Of a stretch of DNA of 64,000 bases, positions 21,254-29,820 are shown piece after piece. This DNA is from an uncultured candidatus Porisulfidus sp. Lineage in GTDB: Bacteria; Pseudomonadota; Gammaproteobacteria; Poriferisulfidales; Poriferisulfidaceae. Every line of letters begins with the position of its first letter. The stretch's first letter is position 1. Below the pieces are notes generated by a model. It was not told where the DNA came from and ran no database searches. It was given only the letters and a program-made list of their open reading frames with translations. Made by a program: the position numbers and the translations under genes. The DNA lies in contig OZ220694.1 in assembly GCA_965116525.1 (NCBI GenBank), positions 952,879-1,016,878 on the forward strand, in the 5' to 3' direction.

Positions 21254-23755
21254 ATGAATGACTACTACAAGATACTCCGTGTTTTTATTGCCTCTCCAAG
21301 TGATTTGAAGGAGGAACGAAAGGTAGTTCACGAAGAAATCGAGGAATTTAATCGATCTTGGGCAAGCGAATTCGGATATCGGCTTGAACCAGTTGGGTGG
21401 GAGGAGACCATTTCTGGCTGTGGAAGACCGCAACAACTCATAAACCAAGGCGTGGACCAATGTCATCTTTTCATTGGTATGGTTTGGAGGAGGTGGGGCA
21501 CACCGCCGGACAACGATGGAAACTATTCTTCTGGGTTTGAAGAAGAGTTTGATCGAATGATGAAGCGACGCGAGGAAAACGATCATCTTGAAGTTTCTCT
21601 ATTTCTCAAAAAAATTTCTAGTGAATGCAAGGAAGATCCTGACGAACAACTCAAACGAGTTCTAGAGTTTCGAGAAAAAATGAACGAAGAAAAAAAGATT
21701 CTCTATCAAGAGTTTGAAGAAGCACAAGACATGGCGATATTGGCGCGAGATAAAATCAGAACTTTTGTGAAAAAAGTCAAAGTGGCAGATTCGACTGATT
21801 CCAATCAAGCCAAAGAGAGAAGCCCTGACCTAGAACAACAGAATGAGACAAAGGAAGAACGTGATTCTTCTCTTATGCCTGAAAGCATTATTTTTCTTCG
21901 AGATTTGGTTGAGCGTGTTGGTCAGGAGGGTTCGATGGAAAGCCTTAATGCACCTGACATCGCCCGATTCCGCCTGTTGGCAAATTCGGTTTCAAAACCA
22001 GGCAACCATAAGTTAAGCCTAGGAGTTCACGATGCCAATATTCTTTACTTGCATCATATCAATGGCGGCCTGAAACCCGACAAACGAGAAATTATTTTCT
22101 TAACTAGATTGGGCTTGCATAAGCTTAAGAGCGAGAACGTGCCATTCTGGTGTTGGTATTCTGCAATGTTGGCCTCTGGCCCTGGTGCACTTTTGGCCTC
22201 GTCAATGCATGGTGTCGACGACAATGAGAAGATTGGGGCGATCAGAGTATTAGGCGCATTGGAACTTGATTGGCCAACGAACAAGAACTTGCCCCGGGGA
22301 AAAGTTCTAACTTTCTGGTTTTCTAAAGACTCGTCGGCGAAAGTAAAATCAGCCGCTTTAGGCTACCTTGCAACAATAGGCACGACAGAAGACTACTCTG
22401 TTGCCGAGGAAGAATACGGCAGGGAAGATCACCAGACTTCTCGTAAGGCACTTGAGTGCATGATTGCAATTCTCCTTAGAGCCGGATTAGAAGAAGAAGC
22501 CCAACAATTAGTTCTTGAATCACAATTTGAATCGTTGGACGCAAGCATATTGCAGGCAGTTTTAGAAGGCTTTGATCGCATGAAGCTAGCACTGTTGTTG
22601 ATGGGGGTGGAACACCCTATCTCCCAAGTGAGATTGCATGCATTAAATATTTTGCTTGAACGCAATGAGCTAAGCCAAGATTTAGCAGAACAATTGTGCA
22701 AAGACCGCGAAATTTCAATACGCGACTTGGCAATCAAGGCGCTTTTACAATTAGGTAAACCACTAAGTCAAGAGGAAATTAAGAGAATTTTAACGCCACC
22801 TAAAGCGCGGGTTCAGCGTAGCTTATTTAAAGCATTTGCTCCGGATGTGTCAGATAAACAGGCTGAAATGCTTCTTGCCCGCCATGAATGGGAAAGCTTG
22901 ATGAGGCTTTCTGAATCTGAGCTTACCGCGCAAGTTGAAGATGGCTTAATGTATGAGGAAGTAGCGTATTTTGCACGTGCAGAAAAATATTTTTCTCAGT
23001 ATGCAGGGGAATTGAGACGTGATGTTGATGACTCTTTTGGAGCATATTGGGAAGAGCGGCTTCGACGGACAGAGATTGCTTTTCGTGACCACCCTGCTGA
23101 ACTTGAGGAGATGGTAAAAAAGGACAAGGAGCTAGAAAGCTTTCACCGGAAAGAACTTATAAGACAAGGATTAGATGTCCTATGTAGAGTGGGCGAAAGC
23201 GAGGACCTGCATAGAATTAGGGAACACCTCAATGAAGGTGACCTGGAAGTATCTAGGTTGGATGTGAAGTACCTAGCGAGACATGGCAAATGGAAGGACA
23301 TTCCACTACTGACACAGGCGACTGTTCCATTTGAGGGGATTGCCGAAGGTTTGACCACTTCAATGGCGCGTGAAAAAATTCAGACAGAGATTGCAGAGGC
23401 TGCTCTTAACATGAGTTATGGGCACAATCTATCAAAACTGTTTTCCCTGGATATGCCTGTGGACATCTTAGTGAAAATGATTGATTTGTGCCCCGAATCG
23501 AAATTCTCGGAAATTCCGGATGACGTTCTTCTGAAACTCTTTGATAATGAATTGGCGGACTTTCGCAAGGCCGCGTCCATTAAAGCAGTTCAGACTTTTT
23601 CAAGAGAGCGAATCAAATCAATTCTTCACGCATATGCTACTAGTGACCAGCCCCACTATTACAATGTCATTCACTGGTTGGATGTGGGCGTGTCTATGTC
23701 TCGCAATGAGGCAATGAAGGTGGTGGCTACAGCTTCGGGGGACTTTCCCTCTTAA
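21254..23755 (+). CDS. 833-aa protein: N-terminal DUF4062-like (TIR-like) domain plus long HEAT/ARM-type alpha-helical repeat region
   Basis: The N-terminal segment YKILRVFIASPSDLKEERKVVHEEIEEFN fits the DUF4062 hallmark (FISS..DL.eER). The remaining ~700 aa are Leu/Glu/Lys-rich repeats with HEAT-like units (VRLHALNILLE, IRDLAIKALLQLG). No P-loop or nuclease motif seen. Lowest-GC part of the window. Confidence 0.55.
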   Translation: MNDYYKILRVFIASPSDLKEERKVVHEEIEEFNRSWASEFGYRLEPVGWEETISGCGRPQQLINQGVDQCHLFIGMVWRRWGTPPDNDGNYSSGFEEEFDRMMKRREENDHLEVSLFLKKISSECKEDPDEQLKRVLEFREKMNEEKKILYQEFEEAQDMAILARDKIRTFVKKVKVADSTDSNQAKERSPDLEQQNETKEERDSSLMPESIIFLRDLVERVGQEGSMESLNAPDIARFRLLANSVSKPGNHKLSLGVHDANILYLHHINGGLKPDKREIIFLTRLGLHKLKSENVPFWCWYSAMLASGPGALLASSMHGVDDNEKIGAIRVLGALELDWPTNKNLPRGKVLTFWFSKDSSAKVKSAALGYLATIGTTEDYSVAEEEYGREDHQTSRKALECMIAILLRAGLEEEAQQLVLESQFESLDASILQAVLEGFDRMKLALLLMGVEHPISQVRLHALNILLERNELSQDLAEQLCKDREISIRDLAIKALLQLGKPLSQEEIKRILTPPKARVQRSLFKAFAPDVSDKQAEMLLARHEWESLMRLSESELTAQVEDGLMYEEVAYFARAEKYFSQYAGELRRDVDDSFGAYWEERLRRTEIAFRDHPAELEEMVKKDKELESFHRKELIRQGLDVLCRVGESEDLHRIREHLNEGDLEVSRLDVKYLARHGKWKDIPLLTQATVPFEGIAEGLTTSMAREKIQTEIAEAALNMSYGHNLSKLFSLDMPVDILVKMIDLCPESKFSEIPDDVLLKLFDNELADFRKAASIKAVQTFSRERIKSILHAYATSDQPHYYNVIHWLDVGVSMSRNEAMKVVATASGDFPS

Positions 23756-23870
23756 GAATCCTGTCAGTGACCAAGAGAGCCAGCAAGTTACGAACTGCCA
23801 CATTCCGAAAATCAAGAAGAAACTTGCCATAATAGTATTACTCCGCCAGTGAGAGCATCGCTGGCCCGAT

Positions 23871-23896
23871 GCCTCCTCCGGGAGGCGTTTCTTTTT
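23871..23896 (+). terminator. intrinsic terminator (GCCTCC-TCCG-GGAGGC + TTTCTTTTT) closing the islet
   Basis: Perfect 6-bp GC stem with tetraloop followed by a U-tract. Lies between convergent genes. Confidence 0.7.
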
Positions 23897-23928
23897 AAAA
23901 TTTAAGATTGAGGCCTTTCGGTCAGTGG

Positions 23929-24957
23929 TTACCCGCCGGGCAGGATGATGGCGGGCTTTGACAGTCCACGCTTGGCGCTTCTCTCCGAGGATTCGTCCAC
24001 CGTAACTCCCAGAAAAGTCCCGCCGTTCCGCCGCGTCAGTTCCCGCATCAATCCCGCGAAGCGGCTGGTGGTGTCAGCGTACTTGGGATCGATCTTCTCG
24101 ATCTGCGTCCGGGTAAAGAATCCGACCGCATGAATGCGGACCTGCCGCTTGCCGTCTTGATGGTTGAGGTCGTCCACCGTGTCGATGACCTCTTGGATCG
24201 ATTCGCCGGTGTACTCGTCGCCGAAAATGTACAGGCTAATCTTGTCGGACTTCATGCGAAACCGCTTGATAGCTTCCAATATCCCCTCGACCGGGCTTGA
24301 GTTGCTGTAGGAGTGCCAGGAATCGAAACGCTGCAGGAGGACCTTCCTCCGTGCAGGCGTGTCTGGAATCCAACGTCCCCGGTAGCCGCTGAACATGTAT
24401 GAACCCATGTCGTTCATGACTTGGAGCCCGCGCACTTTCGGGTAGGCATCCAGCAGGGCCACCAGTTGTTGTTTGGCGGCTTCCCAAGCGAACCGCTTCA
24501 TGCTGCCGGACGTATCCACGATGAAAATGATGTATTCGCTGTCGGCCGGGATCCCGCCGATCACGTCGGGCTTGGACGCGGTCAGGTCCAGCCGCCGCAT
24601 TTCTGCGTTGAGGCTTTGCAGCGCGGTTTTCAGGTCTGCCTCGATCAGGGCTTGCGCCTTGGCGCTGGCGTTCGCCTGTTGCGCCTCCTCCACGGCCTTC
24701 CGGTCTTCCTGAAGTTTTTCCTCCTGGGTGCGCACCCGGGCCTGCTCTTTGAGGCGCTCGGAGGCCAGGCCGGCCTGAACCTGCATCACGCGTGCGAGTT
24801 GCTCCTGCAGTGTCTCGATCTGGGCCTGCAGGTCTTCGACCGGTTCGCCCACGGTGTTCTTGGTGATCAGGATCAGCAGCACCATGGCTCCGAACCCACA
24901 GCTGATCACGTCGAGGAACGACAGGTGGTTGTCGGACCGCCGACGGTAGCGCCTCAC
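23929..24957 (-). CDS. ExbD/TolR-like single-pass TM protein with coiled-coil and C-terminal vWA domain (paralog B)
   Basis: N-terminus RRRSDNHLSFLDVISCGFGAMVLLILI mirrors the ExbD/TolR TM helix with the conserved Asp (P[LF]IDV[ML]LVLL). A long Gln/Glu-rich coiled coil follows. The vWA MIDAS motif DTSGS (IIFIVDTSGSMKRF) is present. Confidence 0.7.
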   Translation of the reverse strand: MRRYRRRSDNHLSFLDVISCGFGAMVLLILITKNTVGEPVEDLQAQIETLQEQLARVMQVQAGLASERLKEQARVRTQEEKLQEDRKAVEEAQQANASAKAQALIEADLKTALQSLNAEMRRLDLTASKPDVIGGIPADSEYIIFIVDTSGSMKRFAWEAAKQQLVALLDAYPKVRGLQVMNDMGSYMFSGYRGRWIPDTPARRKVLLQRFDSWHSYSNSSPVEGILEAIKRFRMKSDKISLYIFGDEYTGESIQEVIDTVDDLNHQDGKRQVRIHAVGFFTRTQIEKIDPKYADTTSRFAGLMRELTRRNGGTFLGVTVDESSERSAKRGLSKPAIILPGG

Positions 24958-25997
24958 GGCCAGTCCTCCGCAGGGGCTAGGAACTGCCCGTCGGTTTGCA
25001 TGGCGAACCCCCAGTAGGCACCGGCCGCTGCCGGATCGCCCTCAAGCGGAAGCAAAACGATGTTGAACGGTGGACCCGCGATTCCTTTCGTCGCCGAATG
25101 GAAGAACTCCATGCGCTGGGAGGGGCTGACCCGGTTCTTCTTGAACCAGGATTTCCCTTGTGTTGGCAGGCCGTCCGTAATCAGATAAACCGCATCCGGC
25201 CTGGGCTTCATCCGGGCGACCTTCGCGAGGGTCGTATCCAGACGGGTGCCCCCTGAGGGAACCCAGCCCTGTACCGCCGCGATCACCTCTTCCATCCGCT
25301 TCTCGTCTTTCGCCTGCAGCCATCCGCTTTTCGGCAGCGCCGGCGTCGCCGTGGTACTGAAGCCCCAGACCTGGTATTGCGCCTGCTCCGGCAGGTGCGC
25401 GAGAACCCATTCGAAGATGGAGCGGGCCCAACGCCACTTGTAGCTCTCGATCTGGTACTTGATCGGAAGAAACTTGTTGCGGATGATCGAGGCGATGCGC
25501 TCGTCCTGCATGCTGGCCGAGCGATCCAGCAGGATCAGGATACGGCGTCCCTCGACCCGAAAACCAGCCACGTACTGACGCTGGCCTTCTCCCTCGGTCG
25601 CCCTCAACTGCTTGCTTTTCTTTGCCTCTTGAAGTTTTTGCTTCTGCTTGCGCAACTCCTTTTCCAGCCGAACCGTATCAGACGCTTGCGGTTGGCGGGC
25701 GCGGAGTTCGGCCTGAGTGGTCATGGCGGCCACGCGCTGCTGCGCCAGGCTTTGCAGTTCGCGCCGCAACTGTCTTACCTGACGCTGATGCCCGGCGATC
25801 AGTTCCTCCTGTTCCTGGATGGATTGCTCCAGCAGTTGCAGGTCTCCTTCGCCGCTTTCCGATGCCTGCGCCAGCTCAGTCAGGTTGTGGTCGATGATCA
25901 GGAACAGCAGAACCGCGGCTCCCAACCCGCAAGACATGACATCCAAAAAGGCCAAGCCGAACGGATTCAGGAAACGGTTGCGTCGACGCCTGGACAT
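24954..25997 (-). CDS. ExbD/TolR-like single-pass TM protein with coiled-coil and C-terminal vWA domain (paralog A)
   Basis: N-terminus RRRNRFLNPFGLAFLDVMSCGLGAAVLLFLII with the TM Asp. Coiled coil (QLRRELQSLAQQRV...). vWA MIDAS motif DRSAS (ILILLDRSASMQDE). Same architecture as the downstream gene, indicating tandem duplication. Confidence 0.7.
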   Translation of the reverse strand: MSRRRRNRFLNPFGLAFLDVMSCGLGAAVLLFLIIDHNLTELAQASESGEGDLQLLEQSIQEQEELIAGHQRQVRQLRRELQSLAQQRVAAMTTQAELRARQPQASDTVRLEKELRKQKQKLQEAKKSKQLRATEGEGQRQYVAGFRVEGRRILILLDRSASMQDERIASIIRNKFLPIKYQIESYKWRWARSIFEWVLAHLPEQAQYQVWGFSTTATPALPKSGWLQAKDEKRMEEVIAAVQGWVPSGGTRLDTTLAKVARMKPRPDAVYLITDGLPTQGKSWFKKNRVSPSQRMEFFHSATKGIAGPPFNIVLLPLEGDPAAAGAYWGFAMQTDGQFLAPAEDWP

Positions 25998-26909
25998 TCA
26001 AAAAGAGAGGGCCATGCAGCGGTGGGCCTGTTCGTCTTCCGGAAGCGTGGCAGCCAAGTCGGGGTAAGTTTCGGGCGCAGGATTGCTACAGCAGGGCAGG
26101 CCCAGCCCTTGCTCCGGCAGCGGCAGCGCCTGTGTCAATGGGGGCAGCAGCAAAAGCTCCAGTTCCTCCGTATCGAGAGCGACTTCCGGCCAGCGGGCCT
26201 GGAAGATTCTTTCGTCCAGCGTCACGAGCCGGGAGTCCAGGCGGAGTTGTATCTGTTCGGGCTTCTCGGCAAAGGCCCGGCGCATCTGCCCGAACAACTG
26301 CTCGCGGTTTGCCGCGAGATTACGGTGTATGTCGAAGCGGTGCTGGGTCGCGAATGCCTCCGCGACATTCTCTATCCACTGGACGAAGAGGTGGTAGAAC
26401 CCGAAATCTCCGTATTCCCGGACCGATTCCAGCCGTGCCTGGCCCGGCTGGATGTCAATGGTGCTGATCCAGCTTCGGCTGCGTCCCAATTCTATGATTC
26501 CGTAACGTCCGGGCGAGAGATCCCGGGCTGCCAGCAGCGCGGTCGGGAACACGCCGCGGGGCGTATAGCCCAAGGCTTCCAATACGCCCAGCAGAGATTC
26601 GAGCCGCGGTCGCCCGATTCCTCCACTTACCGAAAGATCGACCGGTCCCCCTCCTTCCGGCAGGAATTCCTGCAGTTGAAAATACGCCAGATCGATGTAT
26701 GACGGGCTTCGGCCTTCTTCCGGCTCTGGAGCTTCGAGATATTCGTTGTTTTCGCTGCCGGTATGTTTCGGTTGCAGCTGTTCGCCGGCTTCTCCTCCGA
26801 ATTGCCAGCCGGCCTTCGCGTCATGGCGGGCGATGCACCACTCGGTCTGCCATTCGGCGCCGTTGGGTTGTGTCAGCGCGTAGCTGTCGATCCTAAGCAG
26901 CTGGGTCAT
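25998..26909 (-). CDS. hypothetical cytoplasmic protein co-operonic with the MotA/ExbB-like gene
   Basis: No TM segments and no recognisable motif. Start chosen at MTQLLRIDSY; the ORF track extends to 26969. Overlaps the stop of the upstream gene. Confidence 0.45.
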   Translation of the reverse strand: MTQLLRIDSYALTQPNGAEWQTEWCIARHDAKAGWQFGGEAGEQLQPKHTGSENNEYLEAPEPEEGRSPSYIDLAYFQLQEFLPEGGGPVDLSVSGGIGRPRLESLLGVLEALGYTPRGVFPTALLAARDLSPGRYGIIELGRSRSWISTIDIQPGQARLESVREYGDFGFYHLFVQWIENVAEAFATQHRFDIHRNLAANREQLFGQMRRAFAEKPEQIQLRLDSRLVTLDERIFQARWPEVALDTEELELLLLPPLTQALPLPEQGLGLPCCSNPAPETYPDLAATLPEDEQAHRCMALSF

Positions 26910-27798
26910 CTGTCCGCGTCCGCTCCCGCAGGTAACGCAGCAAGTGGTGCTGGCAATGTTCCTGGGCATCCAGCACCAGCGACTCTTGGGCTTCCTGGAG
27001 TTTATGCAGCAGCAGCATGATGAACAGGCTGATCAGCAGGGCCACGAAAGTTGAGTTGAACGCCACCCCGAGGCTTTCCGTCACCGGGCCGATGTTGCCG
27101 CGCGTGGCTTCCTCGGCCTGCCCCAGGGCCGCGCCGATTCCGCGCACCGTCCCGATGAATCCGAGCGACGGGATAGCCCAGGTCAGGTAGCGCACCAGCG
27201 ACAGTTCGGTGTCTTGCCGATCCGACTCCATTTCGCAGCTCGCCTTCATGGCCGCGGTGGCATCCGACACGGAATGCGTGGTGAAGAAGCGATCCAGGCA
27301 GGTATCGGCGGCCCGATACAGCACGGTGCTGCCGTAGCCTTGCATTCGCGCGTGCTCGCGGACGTCGGTGAAGCGCGCCCGGTCCTGTGCCTGAGGCAGG
27401 ACCAGGTCGGTTTCCCGGGTTTCCAGAAAGCTTTCCTCGTCATGCCGGCCGCGCAGGCTCAACAGCCTGCGCGCGAAGCGCAGTTTCAGCAGTTTCATCC
27501 ACATGATGGCGAGCGCCCAGAACAGGGCGACAAAGCAGGCTTCCTGCTCGTAGTCCTTGACGATCACGGCAATTCGCGCCCCGAGCGTCGGCGGTGCTAT
27601 TTCGGTCTGCTCCTCGGCGACAGCCTGGCGTTGCAGTTCCTCGTAGGCGACCGGCCGCACCACCAGTTCATAGGCTGCATGCACCACCACGAACGACAAT
27701 GCCAACGCCAGCAATTGCCAGAACACCTCGTGTTCGCGCCAGTTTTCGGCCAGAGTTGTCCACTTAGATGTCACTGGGCATGTCCACGGCTTCGTCAA
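26893..27798 (-). CDS. MotA/TolQ/ExbB-family proton-channel protein
   Basis: C-terminal IPSLGFIGTVRGIGAALGQAEEA....IGPVTESLGVAFNSTFVALLISLFIMLL matches the MotA_ExbB signature (LGLLGTV.G...F.....A........IA.AL..T..G). N-terminal TM helix plus a long cytoplasmic loop. Confidence 0.75.
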   Translation of the reverse strand: MTKPWTCPVTSKWTTLAENWREHEVFWQLLALALSFVVVHAAYELVVRPVAYEELQRQAVAEEQTEIAPPTLGARIAVIVKDYEQEACFVALFWALAIMWMKLLKLRFARRLLSLRGRHDEESFLETRETDLVLPQAQDRARFTDVREHARMQGYGSTVLYRAADTCLDRFFTTHSVSDATAAMKASCEMESDRQDTELSLVRYLTWAIPSLGFIGTVRGIGAALGQAEEATRGNIGPVTESLGVAFNSTFVALLISLFIMLLLHKLQEAQESLVLDAQEHCQHHLLRYLRERTRTDDPAA

Positions 27799-27988
27799 GG
27801 GAGATGGTTTCCTTCGGAGTCAGTTGCTTGAGCGTGATCGACGGGATTTCCTGCTTGAGGTCCTCTTCGGTCAGGATCTCGATAATCTCCCGGTCCTCCT
27901 CATCTTCTCCTGCCTGCGGCGCAGGGGGCTCTTCGGCCCATGCCAAGGCCGTCGCCGCGAAAAGGGGCATTAGCCAGAGCCGCCTCAT
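27764..27988 (-). CDS. small secreted acidic protein (signal peptide)
   Basis: 74 aa, signal peptide MRRLWLMPLFAATALAWA, then a highly acidic sequence. Overlaps both neighbours in the operon. Confidence 0.4.
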   Translation of the reverse strand: MRRLWLMPLFAATALAWAEEPPAPQAGEDEEDREIIEILTEEDLKQEIPSITLKQLTPKETISLDEAVDMPSDI

Positions 27989-29820
27989 GGCGAATCCAGG
28001 TAGTAGGCCAGCCGGAATCCCACATCGTCCTTGGGATCGCGGTCGTAGCGGCGGCTGCTCAGGCTCAACTCCTTGCGCCCGCTGTCGCGCCAGCCGAACC
28101 CCCGGATGACATAGTATCGGCCGCTGGCTTCACCCAGCGGATTGACCCGCTCCGTTTCCGGGCGCGCCGAGATCCGCAGTTTGTCGAGAAACACGTCGTG
28201 CATCCATTCCGCCACGTTGCCCGGCAAATCATACAACCCCCGGGCCGAGGGCGGAAAGCTCCCGACATCGGCACTGACGGCATGCCCGTCGTTGTATCCC
28301 TCCAATACGGGCTGCACGATGTCGGCGGCAGAAGCATCCGCTAGATTGCCGAAGCGATTCGGAGGCGGCATGAAATCTCCCCAGGCGTACCGCTTTTCGG
28401 AGCGGGTCAGCCAGACCCACTCGGCCTCGCTTGGCAGGCGGTACCCAGTCGCGTTCGCGTCGAATCCCTCGATCCGTCCGTCGCGCACCCGGTAGAACGG
28501 CGAGACGCCCGCCTGTTCGCTCATCCAGTTCGCGAAGAGCGCCGCATCCGTCCAGCTGATCCGTACGACCGGTTGGCTTGCTCGACCCAGTCGCTTGCCG
28601 AAAACCTCTCCGGAGTCATGTCCGGCCTGATAGCGTTGGTACAGGGCGTTGGCGACCTCCCTGTCCATGATCGCAAACGGCCGCGTCAGGCGCACCGGGA
28701 TACGGCGACGGGTGGTCGCGATCTCGAACGAACCGCGAGGCTGGAACTCAATGAAGGCCAACCCGAGATCCTGCTCGTGCTTCTGGCGCCGGGATTGTTC
28801 GACTTTCGCCTGTGATTGCAGGACTGCGAAAAGTTGCTTCGGCGCATCGGGGTGCGGCACCACGACATACTTCTCGGATATGTAGCCCGGCGCGGAGACT
28901 TCAATGGTGTGCGCCTGCTGAGACAGCCGCAACTGACGGCGGAGTTCCACTCGCCCGTCAACGCGAACCGTCGCGTTGGCCGGGGTCGGCCACAGTTCAA
29001 GGGTGCCGGTGCGGGGGGCCAAAGTGGCTGTGTGGCTTTGCTGGCCGGATTTCAGCTTCAAGGTTTGACGGTTCGGGGTATGGCCGGGGAGCAGCAGAGC
29101 GACCTCCACCTTGGTGTCCGGCGTCAGCGCGATCTGTTTCGGGGTGTGGCCCCGCCAGGTGCCATCAATCAATATGTCCGCGGCCTCAGGCGTACTGGAA
29201 ATCGTGAGCAAGGCGGGCTTTGCGACTTTCTTGAGTGGGATCTCGATCTCGGTCAGTCGCCCGTATCCTTCAATTTCCACCGTCTGCCGGTGCGTCTCGA
29301 AACCTTCCACGCTGACCCGCACAACATGATCACCCGGAGAGAGGTCTTCCAGTGTTTCGCCGATCCTTCCCGTGTGTTCGCCATCCACCCGGACTTCTCC
29401 TTCGGTTTCGGGTGTCGTAGAGACCCGGAGTCTGCCCGGGAGGGGTTCCAGGGTCACCTGCACGGTGCGGGGTGCGTCCCCGCCCGCCTCGAATTCCACC
29501 TGCCGGGAGCGATAACCCTCTGCCGCCACGCTCGCGGTGTGTCGGCCCCGCCAGAGCAAAGCCTGTCCGCCCACCATCACGTGTGGGCTCTCGACATGTA
29601 CCGCGGCCTCTACAGGGTCGGTCTCGAAGTTGATTAACTGTGCTTGTTCCGTGGCGTACCAGGCGCCGGCCGTCAGTAGCACCAGGAGAAAAACCACCAG
29701 CCCTGCCCCCCGAAAACGTGGCGGCGACGATCGACCCCGGCGTCCCTTCCGCTCGGGAGGTTGGTAGGGACGGGCCTGAACCGGCTCGTGGTCGAGAATC
29801 ACTGGATCGACTCCGTGCAC
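27985..29820 (-). CDS. membrane-anchored protein with tandem PEGA domains and C-terminal formylglycine-generating-enzyme (FGE-sulfatase/SUMF1) family domain
   Basis: N-terminal TM (LVVFLLVLLTAGAWY). Repeated PEGA-like units (VRVDGEHTGRIGE, ILIDGTWRGHTP, VRVDGRVEL). C-terminal RISWTDAALFANWMSEQAG...YRLPSEAEWVW...GNVAEWMHD...GFRLA is the FGE-sulfatase fold signature. Confidence 0.7.
   Translation of the reverse strand: MHGVDPVILDHEPVQARPYQPPERKGRRGRSSPPRFRGAGLVVFLLVLLTAGAWYATEQAQLINFETDPVEAAVHVESPHVMVGGQALLWRGRHTASVAAEGYRSRQVEFEAGGDAPRTVQVTLEPLPGRLRVSTTPETEGEVRVDGEHTGRIGETLEDLSPGDHVVRVSVEGFETHRQTVEIEGYGRLTEIEIPLKKVAKPALLTISSTPEAADILIDGTWRGHTPKQIALTPDTKVEVALLLPGHTPNRQTLKLKSGQQSHTATLAPRTGTLELWPTPANATVRVDGRVELRRQLRLSQQAHTIEVSAPGYISEKYVVVPHPDAPKQLFAVLQSQAKVEQSRRQKHEQDLGLAFIEFQPRGSFEIATTRRRIPVRLTRPFAIMDREVANALYQRYQAGHDSGEVFGKRLGRASQPVVRISWTDAALFANWMSEQAGVSPFYRVRDGRIEGFDANATGYRLPSEAEWVWLTRSEKRYAWGDFMPPPNRFGNLADASAADIVQPVLEGYNDGHAVSADVGSFPPSARGLYDLPGNVAEWMHDVFLDKLRISARPETERVNPLGEASGRYYVIRGFGWRDSGRKELSLSSRRYDRDPKDDVGFRLAYYLDSP

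Larger units (their letters stand above)
19397..23928. other. low-GC (~42-46%) genomic islet, apparently acquired horizontally; no integrase or tRNA
   Basis: Abrupt drop from ~64% GC to the mid-40s across three plus-strand genes, ending at a strong bidirectional-looking terminator. A/T-rich codon usage. Confidence 0.7.
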
